Below are positions 48,790-61,148 of a DNA stretch of 64,000 nt, piece by piece (positions within the stretch are counted from its first letter, which is position 1; the number at the start of each line of letters is the position of its first letter). The stretch is from Rhynchobatus australiae. Taxonomy: Eukaryota. Made by a program: the position numbers and the translations under genes. A model generated the notes under the pieces. That model saw only the letters and a list, made by a program, of their open reading frames with translations. It searched no databases and had not been told where the DNA came from. The DNA lies in assembly GCA_034780895.1 (NCBI GenBank), contig JAUZTB010000135.1, positions 6,852,038 through 6,916,037 on the forward strand, read 5' to 3'.

Positions 48790-49130
48790 TTGAATTTTTA
48801 TTCATTCATTGGATGTGGACAAGGCCTGAATTTAATGTGCATCCCTCCTTGACCCCCCTGAGCAATGGAGGAACTTAAGACTCAACTACATTAGTGGGGC
48901 TAAAGTCACATTTAGGACCAGTCTGGTAAGGATAGTCAAATTCCTCACTTGAATGACATCAGATTTCACAGCAATCCATTAGGCTCACAGTAGCCATTAC
49001 TTAAATCAGATTTTTATTCCAGATTTATGTAATTACTTGAATTTAACTTCCCCAGTTTCCATGGTGAGATTTGAACTCCTCTCTCTGCATCAGTAGTGCA
49101 GGTTTATTAACACTATATTACTGTACTATC
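48790..49130 (-). mobile_element. Old L2-tailed SINE
   Basis: GGACCAGTCTGGTAAGGATAGTCAAATTCC...TTTTTATTCCAGATTTATGTAATTACTTGAATTTAACTTCCCAG...GAGATTTGAACTC, same family as 34955-35285. Confidence 0.7.
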
Positions 49131-49589
49131 ATTGGTGAGTGGGCCAGAAAATCACAGTAAATCTTTCAGGATTGTATGTGCACTGACCATGGTATTTCTG
49201 CAAAGTTTCATCTTCATACAAAGGACCAATCTCTGTAATGTTGTTTAGCAGTACTATCATATTAAATGAAATGAATTTGGAGCAAATATAGCAGTCCAAA
49301 GCCAGGCATACATGCGGTGATGTGAGCCATCAGTGGTAGAATTGTATTCCACTGTAATCTGTAACGTCATGGCCCAGCATATCCCTCCTCTCTGCCCTTA
49401 CTCTTAAGCAAGGGGACCAATCCTATTTCACTGGCATGGAGAATGATATACTGGAAGTAGTTTAGGATATTTCTAAACTGAGGTGCCAAATGGCAAGACT
49501 GAACCACAGGACAACATGTGTGCTAATCTGCAAAAGCAGCAAAGTGGCAGAGTTGCTCAATCCCACAATAATAAGAATCAGATTAGAAT

Positions 49590-49965
49590 TCCGAGGTCAG
49601 GAATACTCAACGCTTGCCTGGATGAATGTGGGGGGTTTCAACAAAACCAGAGATGCAAACGTCATTCAGGACAAAACTGTCTGCTTGATTGACATCCCAT
49701 CCACCACTTAAACATATGCTCCCTCTACCACTGATATACTGCAACTGCAGAATGTACAGGTCCTCCATGGTTTATGAACGCCTGACTTGTGTACAGCCAG
49801 TACACACGATCGAGGATTTGCCAGCTGCTGCGGGGCTGCAGGCATCTTGTGCGACCTGGAAACTCAGTTTGCGGCTACATTTCCGACTTGTGAACTGCTC
49901 CTGCTGTAAGCTGGGGACAACCTGTACCATCTGCAGATATACTGTAGTTACTTGCCAAGGCTGCC
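49590..49965 (+). mobile_element. L2/Crack-like LINE ORF2 C-terminal fragment, split by a MITE
   Basis: QEYSTLAWMN...NVIQDKTVCLIDIPSTT in ORF 49490-49711; resumes at 49925 TACCATCTGCAGAT; same family as 58860-60300. Confidence 0.7.
49757..49924. mobile_element. Tc1/mariner (Tigger-like) MITE with TA TSD
   Basis: TA|CAGGTCCTCCATGGTTTATG at left; right end in reverse complement TA|CAGGTTGTCCCCAGCTTACA; removing it rejoins the host LINE. Confidence 0.75.
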
Positions 49966-52900
49966 TTAACGGTAAATTGGGCAGTAAATTCTGACTATCA
50001 ATATCCACATTCTGTAATTCAATAAAAATAAGATCTGCTGTCAGAGTTGACAATGTTTGTGACGTGATGAGTGCATAAGGAAACTAAGCTCTCTTGAATT
50101 CTGGATTTGGATATGAACACAGGTCATAAGAGAGAACCTGTGTCCTGATCGGGTTTTGATGTCTAATCAGCTAATGTTAAATTCTTCTAGCTCAGAAACA
50201 TTCCAGTCATCACATCGAAATGGAATGTATTTCATCATGTAGCTTTTGTCATTTTTTAAAATCTAAGTGACAATATGCATTTTCAGATTAAAAAGGTAAG
50301 ATGATGTAGAATTAGTGTATTTGCGTGCTTGAAGACCAAGGCAGACAGTGGGAAGAAGGGCTTGTTTCTGTGCATGATGACTCTAACTCTGTTAGTACAC
50401 TGTGAACATAAATCTTTGGGTCGAGAAATTAAATATTGACACTGATTCTCCACAAAGTAGCAGCTCAGGAAAGCTTGGCGTCTTAAATCTGGATTCTGTT
50501 CTGCAGAACTTCATGTGGAGCTGCTTGTTTTCAGTATCTGAACAGATCCTTGTTGCAAGTTGGGTATGGGGGAGACTCAAAGTTGTGGGGTCCATGGGGA
50601 AGAAAATGATGACGGCAACTTTTGAAATCTGGCAAGGTTTTTTCTAACTTCATCGAATGTAAATTATCATGATGATATAGTAGTTTTAATAAAAGTATTC
50701 TTGGCATGTCTCTTTTAACTAAAAGCTTATTTAAAGGCATCCTGTTCTTAGTTAGATTGAAAATTAGTTTGCATAATAACTGGGTTCTATCAGAAGTATC
50801 TGGTTTCTGTGGGAACAACTCACATGCGTTTCATTGGGGTGGGGGCTATTAACAGAAGAGAAGGCAAAAATGTATAGAATAAACATAAGGTAGAAAATAA
50901 TGGCTAAGTAAGGTTACATGCCAGTCATCTGAAGTTAGGGTCCTTCCTATGCAGCTAAAACCACGTACCATTTAAAAACATTCAGTTTGCTAGGAATTTC
51001 AGTGATTAGCATACATAGACTATATTGTTGATGTAAAACATGACCACATTGAAAGATTAATATTTGATAGAATTGCTAGAAATGTAAGTATTTGGAGATA
51101 GCTTTTACATAAAATAATGTATGGTATATATTGAGTGTTTTTTCTTTATCCTAAATGACAATGAGTATCTGGACTGGCGACTCAAAAAATCATGATGAAA
51201 ATTAAAATTTGGTGTCACATTGGGAATGATTATAAAGAGCTTTAGGGTATAGGTGTTTTATTTCCTCAACTCTGTTAACATGTAACTTTTGAGAAAAGTT
51301 GTATTGCCTGTGGATTTGTGGTATCATTTGTGATTAGTTGTGCTCGTTGAGCTAAAGTCTAACTGCAGTTTTAAAAGACCTAAGTAATTCTACTGCTTCC
51401 TCGCTCACTTCATGGTTGTGACTCAGGATTTTAAAGTAGAATGTTAATGCTGTGGAAGCATGGGTTCTGCATTTAACTCTCAGCTTACAAAAATGCTGCT
51501 TTATCCAAGGACATTTGTTCAGTTCTGATTTTGGAACACAGCACTGTAAATGGTTCTTCGTCACTCTGATGGTTTTCTGGCATAACATGTACTAATGGGA
51601 CAATGTCAGCAAATCTTAGCTCACCCTGTTTCCACCCTCCAGAACTCTTAACATCTGGGCAACTGCAGTGGTTTTAGTTGTCCCACTGGAGTCATAAAGA
51701 GCAATGTAAGCAGGGCAGCTTTGAATTTATTTTTAACTATTAATATGCAAGTAATGGTAACTGTACTGAAGTCTGCATTTCCTGTATTTTTTCAGTAGAC
51801 TAAAGGCTAATTGTAAGCTCAAAAGTGTTATATGGCATGTCCAATCTGGTGTACAAAACAAATTAATTTTAATTATTGTTTATTGTAGTGAATATGAAAA
51901 GCTGTCTAAGCACTGAACAAAAGCACTCCCTTGATCATTTCTAGTTGTATTTCATGAGGAACTTCTCTACCAATTTATGCACTTTTGGACCATAGACCAT
52001 AGATCCTTTATTGATATTTTTTTCCTAATAACTCAAATTAGCATTTAATTGGTAGAACCCGAATAACCCAGAAAGCAGAAAAATGTAAATACTCCTGAGA
52101 AGACTCTATTCCAAAGTTCAATCTGCAAAGGGATGGCTAATGTGTTTCATCTCCACGTATCACAGAAAATGAGCTTGTATTATGAGCAGGCCAGTGGACA
52201 AGAAAATAATTTAGAATTAGGCTTTTGAATTATTGATTTAAATGCAAGTGCAGTATGTTCATACATGCTGACTTAGTGCATCCTTAATTGCTTGTAAATG
52301 GTGTCAGAGATAGCGTTCTCCCTAGACAAGACCTTCAGTGTTCTGGCACAAGTCCAGCTTATTCTCCTAATCTATTAGAAAACACATTACTGACATTTTT
52401 ATTTTCTAAAGAAACAAGTTGGAAAATTAGAACTTGATAAAGAGAGCGCTAAATTACCCATTAAAGCAGGAAGTTGCATTTCCCAGGGTTTAATGTTTCG
52501 TGTTCTCACTTGATGTCCTGAATATATCAAGCTTGAAATGTAGTCTACAATTACTGATCAAACTTGGCAAAAACAGCATGATGATTTGATCAGATTTGAA
52601 ACTGCCTGTAATTTTCTAGCCTCTCTCTTCCAGGTATATTTTCAAACACCAGTACAACTTGCTTTGTTGGGGCGAAATTGATCTTGGCTACAGAAATTAT
52701 ATGGAGGGCTCCTGGGCCTGTGGAATTTCCCATGGCTAACCATCCCATCAAGTGAATTATCCCTACACCTGTTGAGGCAGCCTTCTTCTATGTATCTTGA
52801 GGCTGCCTCAGCAGGTGTAGCTCCTGGATATGGAAGTCAAGCTGTAATTGCTGGTTGTAAGAATCCATGTAAAGTGTGCCGTGCAAGCTGTGGACAATGA

Positions 52901-54534
52901 CCAAGTCTTGAGATAAGACCAAGTCATCAGAGAGCCTTGAAGGGACCTGTCAAGAAATGGCTGTAAAGCTTTTAATATGCTATGTTTCTGTACAGCCAAG
53001 AGGAGTATTTAGTTTCACAGAAATACTGCTAGTGATGGTTCATTAGCTGGACCTGTTAAACAATCTAAACACATGCTATTCTGTATTGACACATGGCAGA
53101 CTTGCCTGAGGAATCTGGCTGTAAAAATCCAGTGTTGAGCAAGTGAAATTGTAATTCATTTCAATTGTAATGCTGAGTAAATTGCTTTCCTTATAGGGTC
53201 AGTGGTGACAGATGAAAAATAGTTTTGGTAGGAGCTACAATAAAATGTAAGTGCTCTAAAATTATATTGAGGGACCTCTGGATTGAACTGTAACTAAATG
53301 ATAAGTTACTTTGATAACTTGGAGCACCCAATACATTGAAATATGAAGGCAAAGACTGTTAAAACTTGAAATGAGACAATGTCATTGTTTTTAAATTCCT
53401 TATCTGAATTTTATCAAGTTTAGATGCCTTTATTAAATCAATTTTAGGTTAAATTAATGCGTGCAGTTTAATTTCTGCACCATTTCCTTCAGTTTCCCTT
53501 AGCTGACTAGTCTCATTCCATATCTGTGGCCAGTGATGTTTTGATGATTCTGCAAGACCATACTGTCACCCTGTGGACATAGTTGGTACAGCTTAAGCCT
53601 TCCATGTCAAGGTTGAATGAAGTCCAGTGATTAACAAATTTGCAGCAGAAATGGACTATAATTTTCTCTTTTAAGAATAAAGTTGTTTGTATTTTTCTGT
53701 TACAGTTGCTGACTCTGAAAGTTGTAGGTTGTTTAAGTTTATTCTCCACTTGAACAGAGTGTAAACGTATTGTCCCAAATTCAATCCATAATGTGATTGT
53801 TCATGTGTATGGCTTACATGGAATGTTTAATAAATAGGATCAAGTGTTCTTAATTTGAATTGGGTAGTATACACTGTAAATTCCATGAATTTTCCACAAG
53901 ATGCGGTGTGGAAAGCATGTTTACATTTGTACATTGATTATATGTGCATAGTTAGCTGGTGTAATACTGTGCCAAAAGACACTACAATTTGCTACCAATC
54001 AAGACAAACTTAAATACTAAAGGTCAAGAAAATAGATCACCTATTAACTAAATCATTGCAGAGCAGTGTTTTGTATTGAAGGAGCAAATGAGTTATCCTA
54101 CTTGTACAAATGTTGCTCCATATGGTATTCTTTCAATATAATTATCAATATTTAAGATAGATGGATTTGAAAAAAAGAATAATGGTAGCTTGTAACTTTG
54201 TGCAAGCAGGTTTTCTGCAGATTTTTCACTGCTCAGTATTCTTTTGCCATTTCATTAGTTGGCCAGTGGTCATAAATTTTCTGTTTTGTTGCGTGATGTA
54301 CTTTAATGCTGGTGGATGACAATCTAAGAACCCATTTAGAGTTTAAATCAACACCATGTGCAATCTGATCCAACTGTCTTCATTAAGCAAGGGCAGAGAG
54401 ATCACCGACAGCTGAAGTTACTCGCCTCTGTTTTAGTACATACCGCCTGTCCTTTCTCTGCCGAAAGGGTGCAACCCTTATGATTATACATACGCCAGAC
54501 TGGCACACACAAATTATATATTTTTGACTAAATG

Positions 54535-54770
54535 TTGACAAGATAGTCTTGCAGTTGTACAAGACGTTGGTGAGTACTGTGTACAGTCTTGGTTGCCTTG
54601 ATATAGGACAGGCATCATTAAACTGGAAAGAGTGCAGAGAAGATTGATGGAGATGCCGCCAGGACTCAAGGGTCTGAGTTATAGGGAGAGGTTGGGCAGG
54701 CTTTATTCCTTGGGTTGAGATTGAAGATGACCTTATAAAGGTGTATAAAATCATGAGGGGCATAGATAGG
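54535..54770 (+). mobile_element. CR1 fragment
   Basis: GCAGTTGTACAAGACGTTGGTGAG...AACTGGAAAGAGTGCAGAGAAGATT...GGTGTATAAAATCATGAGGGGCATAGATAGG. Confidence 0.85.
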
Positions 54771-54776
54771 ATGACT

Positions 54777-54884
54777 TGTAGTGGCTAGCTATGCTGAAAT
54801 AAAACACGAGATTGTAGCGGCTAGCTACACTGAATAAAGACACGAGACACTTGTTTGGAGTCCAAGAGTCGAATGAACGACTGG
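54777..54884. repeat. Possible LTR terminus with a ~36-bp tandem duplication
   Basis: TGTAGTGGCTAGCTATGCTGAAATAAAACACGAGA then TGTAGCGGCTAGCTACACTGAATAAAGACACGAGA; TG start abruptly truncates the CR1; other end lost in gap. Confidence 0.45.
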
Positions 54885-55775
54885 NNNNNNNNNNNNNNNN
54901 NNNNNNNNNNNNNNNNNNNNNNNNNNNNNNNNNNNNNNNNNNNNNNNNNNNNNNNNNNNNNNNNNNNNNNNNNNNNNNNNNNNNNNNNNNNNNNNNNNNN
55001 NNNNNNNNNNNNNNNNNNNNNNNNNNNNNNNNNNNNNNNNNNNNNNNNNNNNNNNNNNNNNNNNNNNNNNNNNNNNNNNNNNNNNNNNNNNNNNNNNNNN
55101 CCATCATTTTATAAGTAACTTCCTCACAAAATAATGTTACATTTGATAACAAAATGATCCTACAATTTTCTACATATTGATTGTAGTAGAGCCTCTATAT
55201 CGATACACAAGTGTTATGACTCCAATTGTGTTCTTCTACAAAGATGAACAATTATTTCTATGAAATTCAGTTTCAAATTTGGTAAATGGTGAATCTTGTA
55301 TTTAAAAAGTATAATCTTAAAGTGCAGTGGTGTGTGCTTATGAATAAATTGGGAGCTGCACTTGAAGATTGAGAATTCTGAATTATGAGCTGATTCTTAC
55401 CTCTCTTTTATCTAATTTCATCCAACACTCTCGAAGAGCAAGGGCTTAGGCAGTTATTGATTGAAGTTAACACTTCTATTAAACAAAAATTTTAATCTTT
55501 TAAAACTATTTATACATTTATTAAAGGACTAAATGACAGTGGATGATCCTCTGAGCTTTAGATGTGATGATTCTCATTATTATGACATGTTTGCTGAGTT
55601 TCATTTATATGTGAGCCATAGTGATCAGGTTCTCCTTGTTGACGGAACATGGTCGAGTGTTTTTACTTTTACATTGGCCTTTAGCATGTTAATTGGTAGA
55701 ATTGCATGTTGGAAACCAGGCTTTCCAAGGGCCACCTACTCTCTGGAAAAATTGACAAGATGACTTCCAGGTAAG

Positions 55776-56796
55776 GACCACAAGGATACCAGGTTGTAGG
55801 AAAACATGCTATTTGGTTCACCAAGGGTGTTTAGAGAAGCAGCACTTCTATTCTTACCCAGTTTATATATAACTCCAGATTTGCAGTAATAGAAAAACTA
55901 CGGCACAATTCAGGCCCTTTGGCCCACAAAACTGAAACTTCTGGAAACACTCAGCAGGTCAGGCAGCATGTGATGTAACATAGTTAGTGATCACATAAGT
56001 TTTTAGAAGCTAAGGTGGGTTCACCTTATGGCTAGAGGAAGGTGCACAGTGGGAGGACTGCAGTGAATATATCATACAGCAATTTCATTCAGAAATTCAC
56101 CAAATTTATATAATAGCCTTCAACTGAATATATAAATAATCTTTGCTTCTTTAATCCAATTACCTAGGCTCCCAAAATAGTGCACTCTGAAAGACTTAAG
56201 TGGTATCAAAAATACTCTTCAAATTAATGCCTTAGATCAAAGTAAAATTGGTAAATTGGTTTATTATTGTCACGTGTACTGAGGTATCGTGAAAATCTTT
56301 GTTTTTCATGCCATCCATACAGATCATTTCATTACAACAGTGCATTGAGGTAGTACAAGGGAAAAGAGTAACAGAATGCAGAATAAAGTGTTACAGTTAC
56401 AGAGAAAGTGCAGTGCAGGAAGACAATAAGATGGAAGGCCATAATGAGGCAAATTGTGAGGCCAAGAGTGGATGTGATGCTTATAATTTTAAATATATAT
56501 AACTTTTATTTTTTTGCTTTGTTTTCTCAATTCTTTCACACTCTCAGGACAGAATTGTAAATGCTGCCCAAATGATCTGCTATAAAAGATAGAAGAGGGG
56601 CGCAGTGTGCAAGTGATATGGAGTTGTTCAAATTTCACCACAGCAACTGTGGAATTTACATAGAGTTTCTTAACAAAATCTAGACCACAAGGATGCAAGG
56701 TTGCAGGAAAACATGCCATTTGGTTCACCAAGGGTGATTAGGGAAGCAGCACTTCTTTTCTTACCCAGTTTATATATAACTCCAGATTTGCAGTAA
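55776..56796 (+). repeat. 114-bp dispersed direct duplication (55776-55889 and 56683-56796)
   Basis: Ungapped manual alignment gives 7 mismatches in 114 nt. Confidence 0.9.
56248..56470 (-). mobile_element. Rex1/Babar 3' UTR
   Basis: TTGGTTTATTATTGTCACGTGTACTGAGGTA...GCATTGAGGTAGTACAAGG...CAGAATGCAGAATAAAGTG, as at 19361 and 23104. Confidence 0.88.
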
Positions 56797-57129
56797 CATA
56801 AAGTAAAAACACTGANNNNNNNNNNNNNNNNNNNNNNNNNNNNNNNTCTATGGAAAGAGAAACAAAATTAACATGTTAGATCGAAGACACTTGATCAGAA
56901 CTGACTGTTCTGACTTGTAACAGCGTAATTAGTGCCTGCCCACTATCTGAGATAGACTAATGAATGATTCAGTTGTATCAAACTGCTACACACTGTCAAA
57001 TTCCTGAAACTACAGGACTATATCTTCATCACAAGGAATACAGCAATAAAAATACTGCTGACCACTCTGTCTGAAGGGCAGTTAGGGATGAACAATGAAC
57101 GTTTGTCTTGCAATGATTGACGGAAAAGG

Positions 57130-57521
57130 ACCTTGCATTTTGTATTTCAATTTTTTTAACTGTATGCAAAGGTCTTTATAGCCAATAAAATACTCCTGAG
57201 ATATAGTCACTGATGGTCTATAGTCAGCCTAGAATCCAAATTGTGCACATTTGTGGGCTATAGAGAGAGAATAGGAATAAATGGGGGAATGGGCTTGCTC
57301 AGTGGTTCAAATGGCTGTCTCTCATTTCATAACAAAGCATGGAAATGCCTCGCATGTGGCAGTGAGATAAGTGTCATTGATGCAGGCATAAGTATTAATT
57401 AAGACATCTTTTGTTTGAGAAGTGCAATAGGATCTTTAACATCTATTTGAGAAGGCAAGTGCAGTCTGAGCTTAAAATTGCACATTTAGAACTACACTTC
57501 TGATGGTGAAGCAGTCCCTCA
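57130..57521 (-). mobile_element. Deu-domain SINE, degraded
   Basis: GTGCAATAGGATCTTTAACATCTATTTGAGAAGGCA...CACTTCTGATGGTGAAGCAGTCCCTCAG. Confidence 0.6.
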
Positions 57522-58430
57522 GATTCAGACTTGTTTATTGTCATATACACCAGGGTGCAATGAAATTCCTTGCTCGCATGAAGCTCACAGAGTAAACAGT
57601 AGATGTGGTAATAATAAATACAACAATAAGTACAGTGCCAAGTGCAGAAACAACAGAATGGTGCAAAGTATAGTAGTGCAATCTGAAGTAGTGCAAAAAG
57701 AAATGCTAAAGTGTCAATAACGGAACAACTGAGAGGCAGAATTAAGAGAACAAGAATGTGGCAGCACTCTTGGGAAGGGGAGTTTCAAAAAGATGATTGG
57801 TTCAGAAGTCTGATAGCAGTGGGGAAGAAGCTGCTCTTGAGTCTGGTCATCTAGGCTTTCCAGCTCCCAGAACTTCTCCCAGAAGGTAGAAGAGAGAAAA
57901 GGGAGTGGTCAGGGGGTCAGGCATCCTTGGCGATACTGTTAGCCTTCCTGAAGCAATACATAGTGAAGAATGACTGGGTGGAAGGAAGTGACAAACCTGT
58001 GATGTGTTACGAACCAGCAACTAAAGAAACACACCGAGACATGTATAAGTGTTAAAAACTACTTTATTAATAACTACTTAAAATAATAAGAAAAATAAAA
58101 GTAAAAATGTTAGAAGTAAAAATGTTACACCTTGAACATTAACCCCAAAAACTAACTAAACTTGTCGTGTGTGTGTGGCAAATTCCCAAACTCCATATCC
58201 AGGAATAGTTCTTAAAGTTTAATTCNNNNNNNNNNNNNNNNNNNNNNNNNNNNNNNNNNNNNNNNNNNNNNNNNNNNNNNNNNNNNNNNNNNNNNNNNNN
58301 NNNNNNNNNNNNNNNNNNNNNNNNNTCTTAGAGGGACCTTTACTAATAGTAACCTAGTCCGTAACAGATGAACAAGCTGAATCTTCTCAGGCACTTAAGA
58401 AAGTACAAATGCTGATGTGCTTTCTTTATC
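57522..58430 (-). mobile_element. Rex1/Babar-type LINE (second subfamily), interrupted by a solo LTR
   Basis: Tail TTTATTGTCAT at 57534; minus strand gives PSGRSSGSWKA.TRLKSSFFPTAIRLLN at about 57800-57885 and KKAHQHLYFLKCLRRF at 58380-58427. Confidence 0.75.
58005..58366 (-). mobile_element. Solo LTR (Gypsy-like), 4-bp TSD GATG
   Basis: TGTTACG...CGTAACA termini; GATG at 58001-58004 and 58367-58370; shares AGAAACACACCGAGACATGTATAAGTGTTAAAAACTACTTTATT with the 32957 copy. Confidence 0.9.
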
Positions 58431-58569
58431 CCCACATCAGTATGGGGGCACCAGATGATGTTGCTGGCGATATGGATGTTTCAGGAGAGCACTGAGATGC
58501 CTCGTTAGAAAGAAAAGAAATTGTTTATACAGTATCCTCCATGTCTCCTTCGGGATGTTGGAAAGATCT

Positions 58570-58790
58570 TTAAGGTTAATGAAGTATTTCATAATGTAGG
58601 AAACGTAGCAGTCCATTTGCACTGAGAAACTCCCACAAATTGCTTTGCGATAAACAGTAGATGATCTTCTTTAGTAATGTTATCTAATAAATAAATATTA
58701 TTAAAGGTACATAAAGTAACTTCTCTTCTTCACAATAGTGCCAAGAGATATTTTACATAAACATGAGAGGACCCAGGTTTAACTTCCTAT
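58570..58790 (-). mobile_element. Deu-domain SINE fragment
   Basis: AATGAAGTATTTCATAATGTAGGAAACGTAGCAGTCCATTTGCAC...ATAGTGCCAAGAGATATTTTACAT...GGTTTAACTTCC. Confidence 0.6.
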
Positions 58791-58859
58791 CAACTATTAC
58801 CCTTTGCTTCCTGGCAGTCAGGGAATGGTGATATGCATCCACGTCAGGATTGTTTGTAT

Positions 58860-60300
58860 CTAGAATGGAAGGTGCTGATGGTGACATTATCATATGCTTG
58901 TTGCCTTGTCCTGGCAGAGGACACAGCTTTTGGACGTGCAGATGGAGTGCAAATATCTACAATGCATTTTGTTCATGGCACACACTGCAGCAATGTTCAC
59001 CGGAGGTGGAGATATGAATATTTAGCGTGGAGGGTGGCCGGCTTTATCCTGCTTGATGTTGGGTATCTTGAGTGTTGTTGGGCTGCACTCATCCAGACAA
59101 GTGGGGAGTTTTCCATCATGCTCCTGACTTGTGCCTCGTTGATGATGGAAAGGCTTTAAGGTGTTGGCAATGTGCAAATACTGCAGAGCCAGTCTCTAAT
59201 ATGTCCCTGTAGCCACAGTATTATGTATCTGGTCCAGTTGAGTCTTTAGTCAACAGTGAGGAGGAGGATACAAAGAAGATTTACCAGCTTGATTCCCGGA
59301 ATGAAGGCTTACATACGATGAGCGATTGTCGGCTCTTGGACTGAACTCACTGGAGTATAGAAGAATGAGAGGGGACTCATTAGAAACATTTCAAATGTTG
59401 AAAGGACTGGACAGTGTAGATGTGGCTAAATTGTTTCCCTTGGTGGGTGAGTCCAGGACAAGAGGGCTCTCTCTTAGAGATTAGAGGATACCCATTTAGA
59501 ACAGAAATGAGGAGAGATTTCTTTAGCCAGAGGATTGTGGATATATGGAATTCGTTGCCACATACAGCTGTGGAGGCCCGATCATTGGGGGTGTTTAAGG
59601 AGGAGATTGATAGATATCTAATTAGTCAAGGTATCAAGGGATATGGGGAAAAGGCTGGGAATCGGGGCTAGATGGGAAAATAGTTTAGCTTATGGTGAGG
59701 TAGCGGAGCAGACTCGATGGGCTGAATGGCCTATTTCTGCTCCTTTGTCTTGTGATCTTGTGGATATTTGATGGCGAGGGACTCAGCAATGGTAATGCCA
59801 TCAAATATCACAGATAGGTGGTTAGACTATGTCCCGTTGCAGATGATAGTTGCCTAGCACTCTTGCGGCACATACGTTTCTTGCACTTATCAGCCCATGG
59901 ATGAATGTTGCATGGGTTTTGCTGCATGGCAATAGGAACTGCTTCATTTGTGTGGAATTGCAAACAGGATTGAACATTGTGAGGTCATTAGCAGACATAT
60001 CCACTTCTGACCTTATGGGCAAAAGGTCATTAATGGATCAATTGAAGATGCTTGGGTCATTGCCCTGAGGAGCTCTTGTGAGATATCCTAGGTCTGGAGT
60101 GATTGAACTACATCCATCTTCCTCTGTATGAGATATGATCCCAGTTGTTGTTACCTTGATGCCCATTAATTTCAATTTCTCCAGGAATCCTAGATGCCAC
60201 ACTCAGTCAAATGCTGCCATGATGTCAAGGGTAGGAACTCTCACCTCATTCTAGAATTCATCTCTTTGATCCATGTTTAGCCAAGGCTTTGCTAGATCTG
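58860..60300 (-). mobile_element. L2/Crack-like LINE RT region, split by a younger CR1
   Basis: Minus strand shows LDIMAAFD*VWHLG (about 60190-60230), PQG, and MSAND for the FADD motif (ORF 59822-60022). Confidence 0.75.
59260..59762 (+). mobile_element. CR1 LINE 3' end nested in the L2-like LINE
   Basis: IRGYPFRTEMRRDFFSQRIVDIWNSLP...FKEEIDRYLISQGIKGYG; tail TCTTGTGATCTTGTG. Confidence 0.92.
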
Positions 60301-60374
60301 CATCTGAGTGTATTGCTTATGAATTTTGTTCAGAAAGACTAATTGAAAGTATGCCTTTGTTATAATCCTCGGTT

Positions 60375-60713
60375 GTCATGGTCACACACCATGGAAGCAG
60401 GCCCTTCTGCCCACACATCAAGCGCCCATTTACACTAATCTTATACTAATCCAATTTTAATCTTTGCACAGTACCATCAACTGTCCCCAGATTCTCCCAC
60501 TCCGATACACACTAGGGACAACTTACAGTGACTGGTTAAACTTCAACTTTGACATCTTTGGGATGTGGGAGGAAACCAGAGCACATGGAGGAAACCCATA
60601 CAGTCACAATGAGAAAGTGCAAACACCACACTGTCGGCGCTGGAGGTCATGATTAAACATGGGTCCCTGGAATTATGAGACAACAATGTTAGTAGCTCTC
60701 CACTGTGCTGCCC
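60375..60713 (-). mobile_element. V-SINE (HE1-like)
   Basis: CTTTGGGATGTGGGAGGAAACCAGAGCACATGGAGGAAACCCA...GTGCAAACACCACAC is the reverse complement of the V domain at 7380-7462. Confidence 0.85.
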
Positions 60714-60849
60714 AAAGTCTCCAGTTTATGAAAGACTTGTAGTCAGTTTGTCTTCTGGCACAAGCTAAATACTAAGTCCTAAACAGACCGTTGTATATCA
60801 AGTTTATAATAACTTTCCTGAATGAATCAAAAAAAGGAATAATGTGTTG

Positions 60850-61148
60850 GTTAAGTTACTATACAAACAACCAGAGTGCTGGACCCTTGATCCAGAGTCA
60901 TGGCAACTGGGGAATTAAATTCAAGTAATTTAATAAATCTGGACCTTTTTTAAAGAAAACAGCTAGTCTGTGTGATGGTAACTATGGAACTATTGGATAA
61001 GACAATCTGTTGTCCTTATCTGGTCTGGCTTATGCAGCTTCAGACTGCCAATGTACTTAATTCTTAACTGCCTCTCATTTCAGTGGAAAATAGGGATGGA
61101 TGATAGATGCTGGACTTGCCTCAAGATCCACATCCCGTGAACAAATAA
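60850..61148 (+). mobile_element. Old L2-tailed SINE
   Basis: GGGAATTAAATTCAAGTAATTTAATAAATCTGGA...TAGGGATGGATGATAGATGCTGGACTTGCC...CACATCCCGTGAA. Confidence 0.7.

Noticed and set aside
52634-52740. Good acceptor CTCTCTCTTCCAG followed by short open frames
   Set aside because: No convincing donor before the stops and no recognisable protein.
32957-58366. One 25-kb LTR retrotransposon bounded by the two LTRs
   Set aside because: Each LTR has its own TSD and there is no gag/pol between them.
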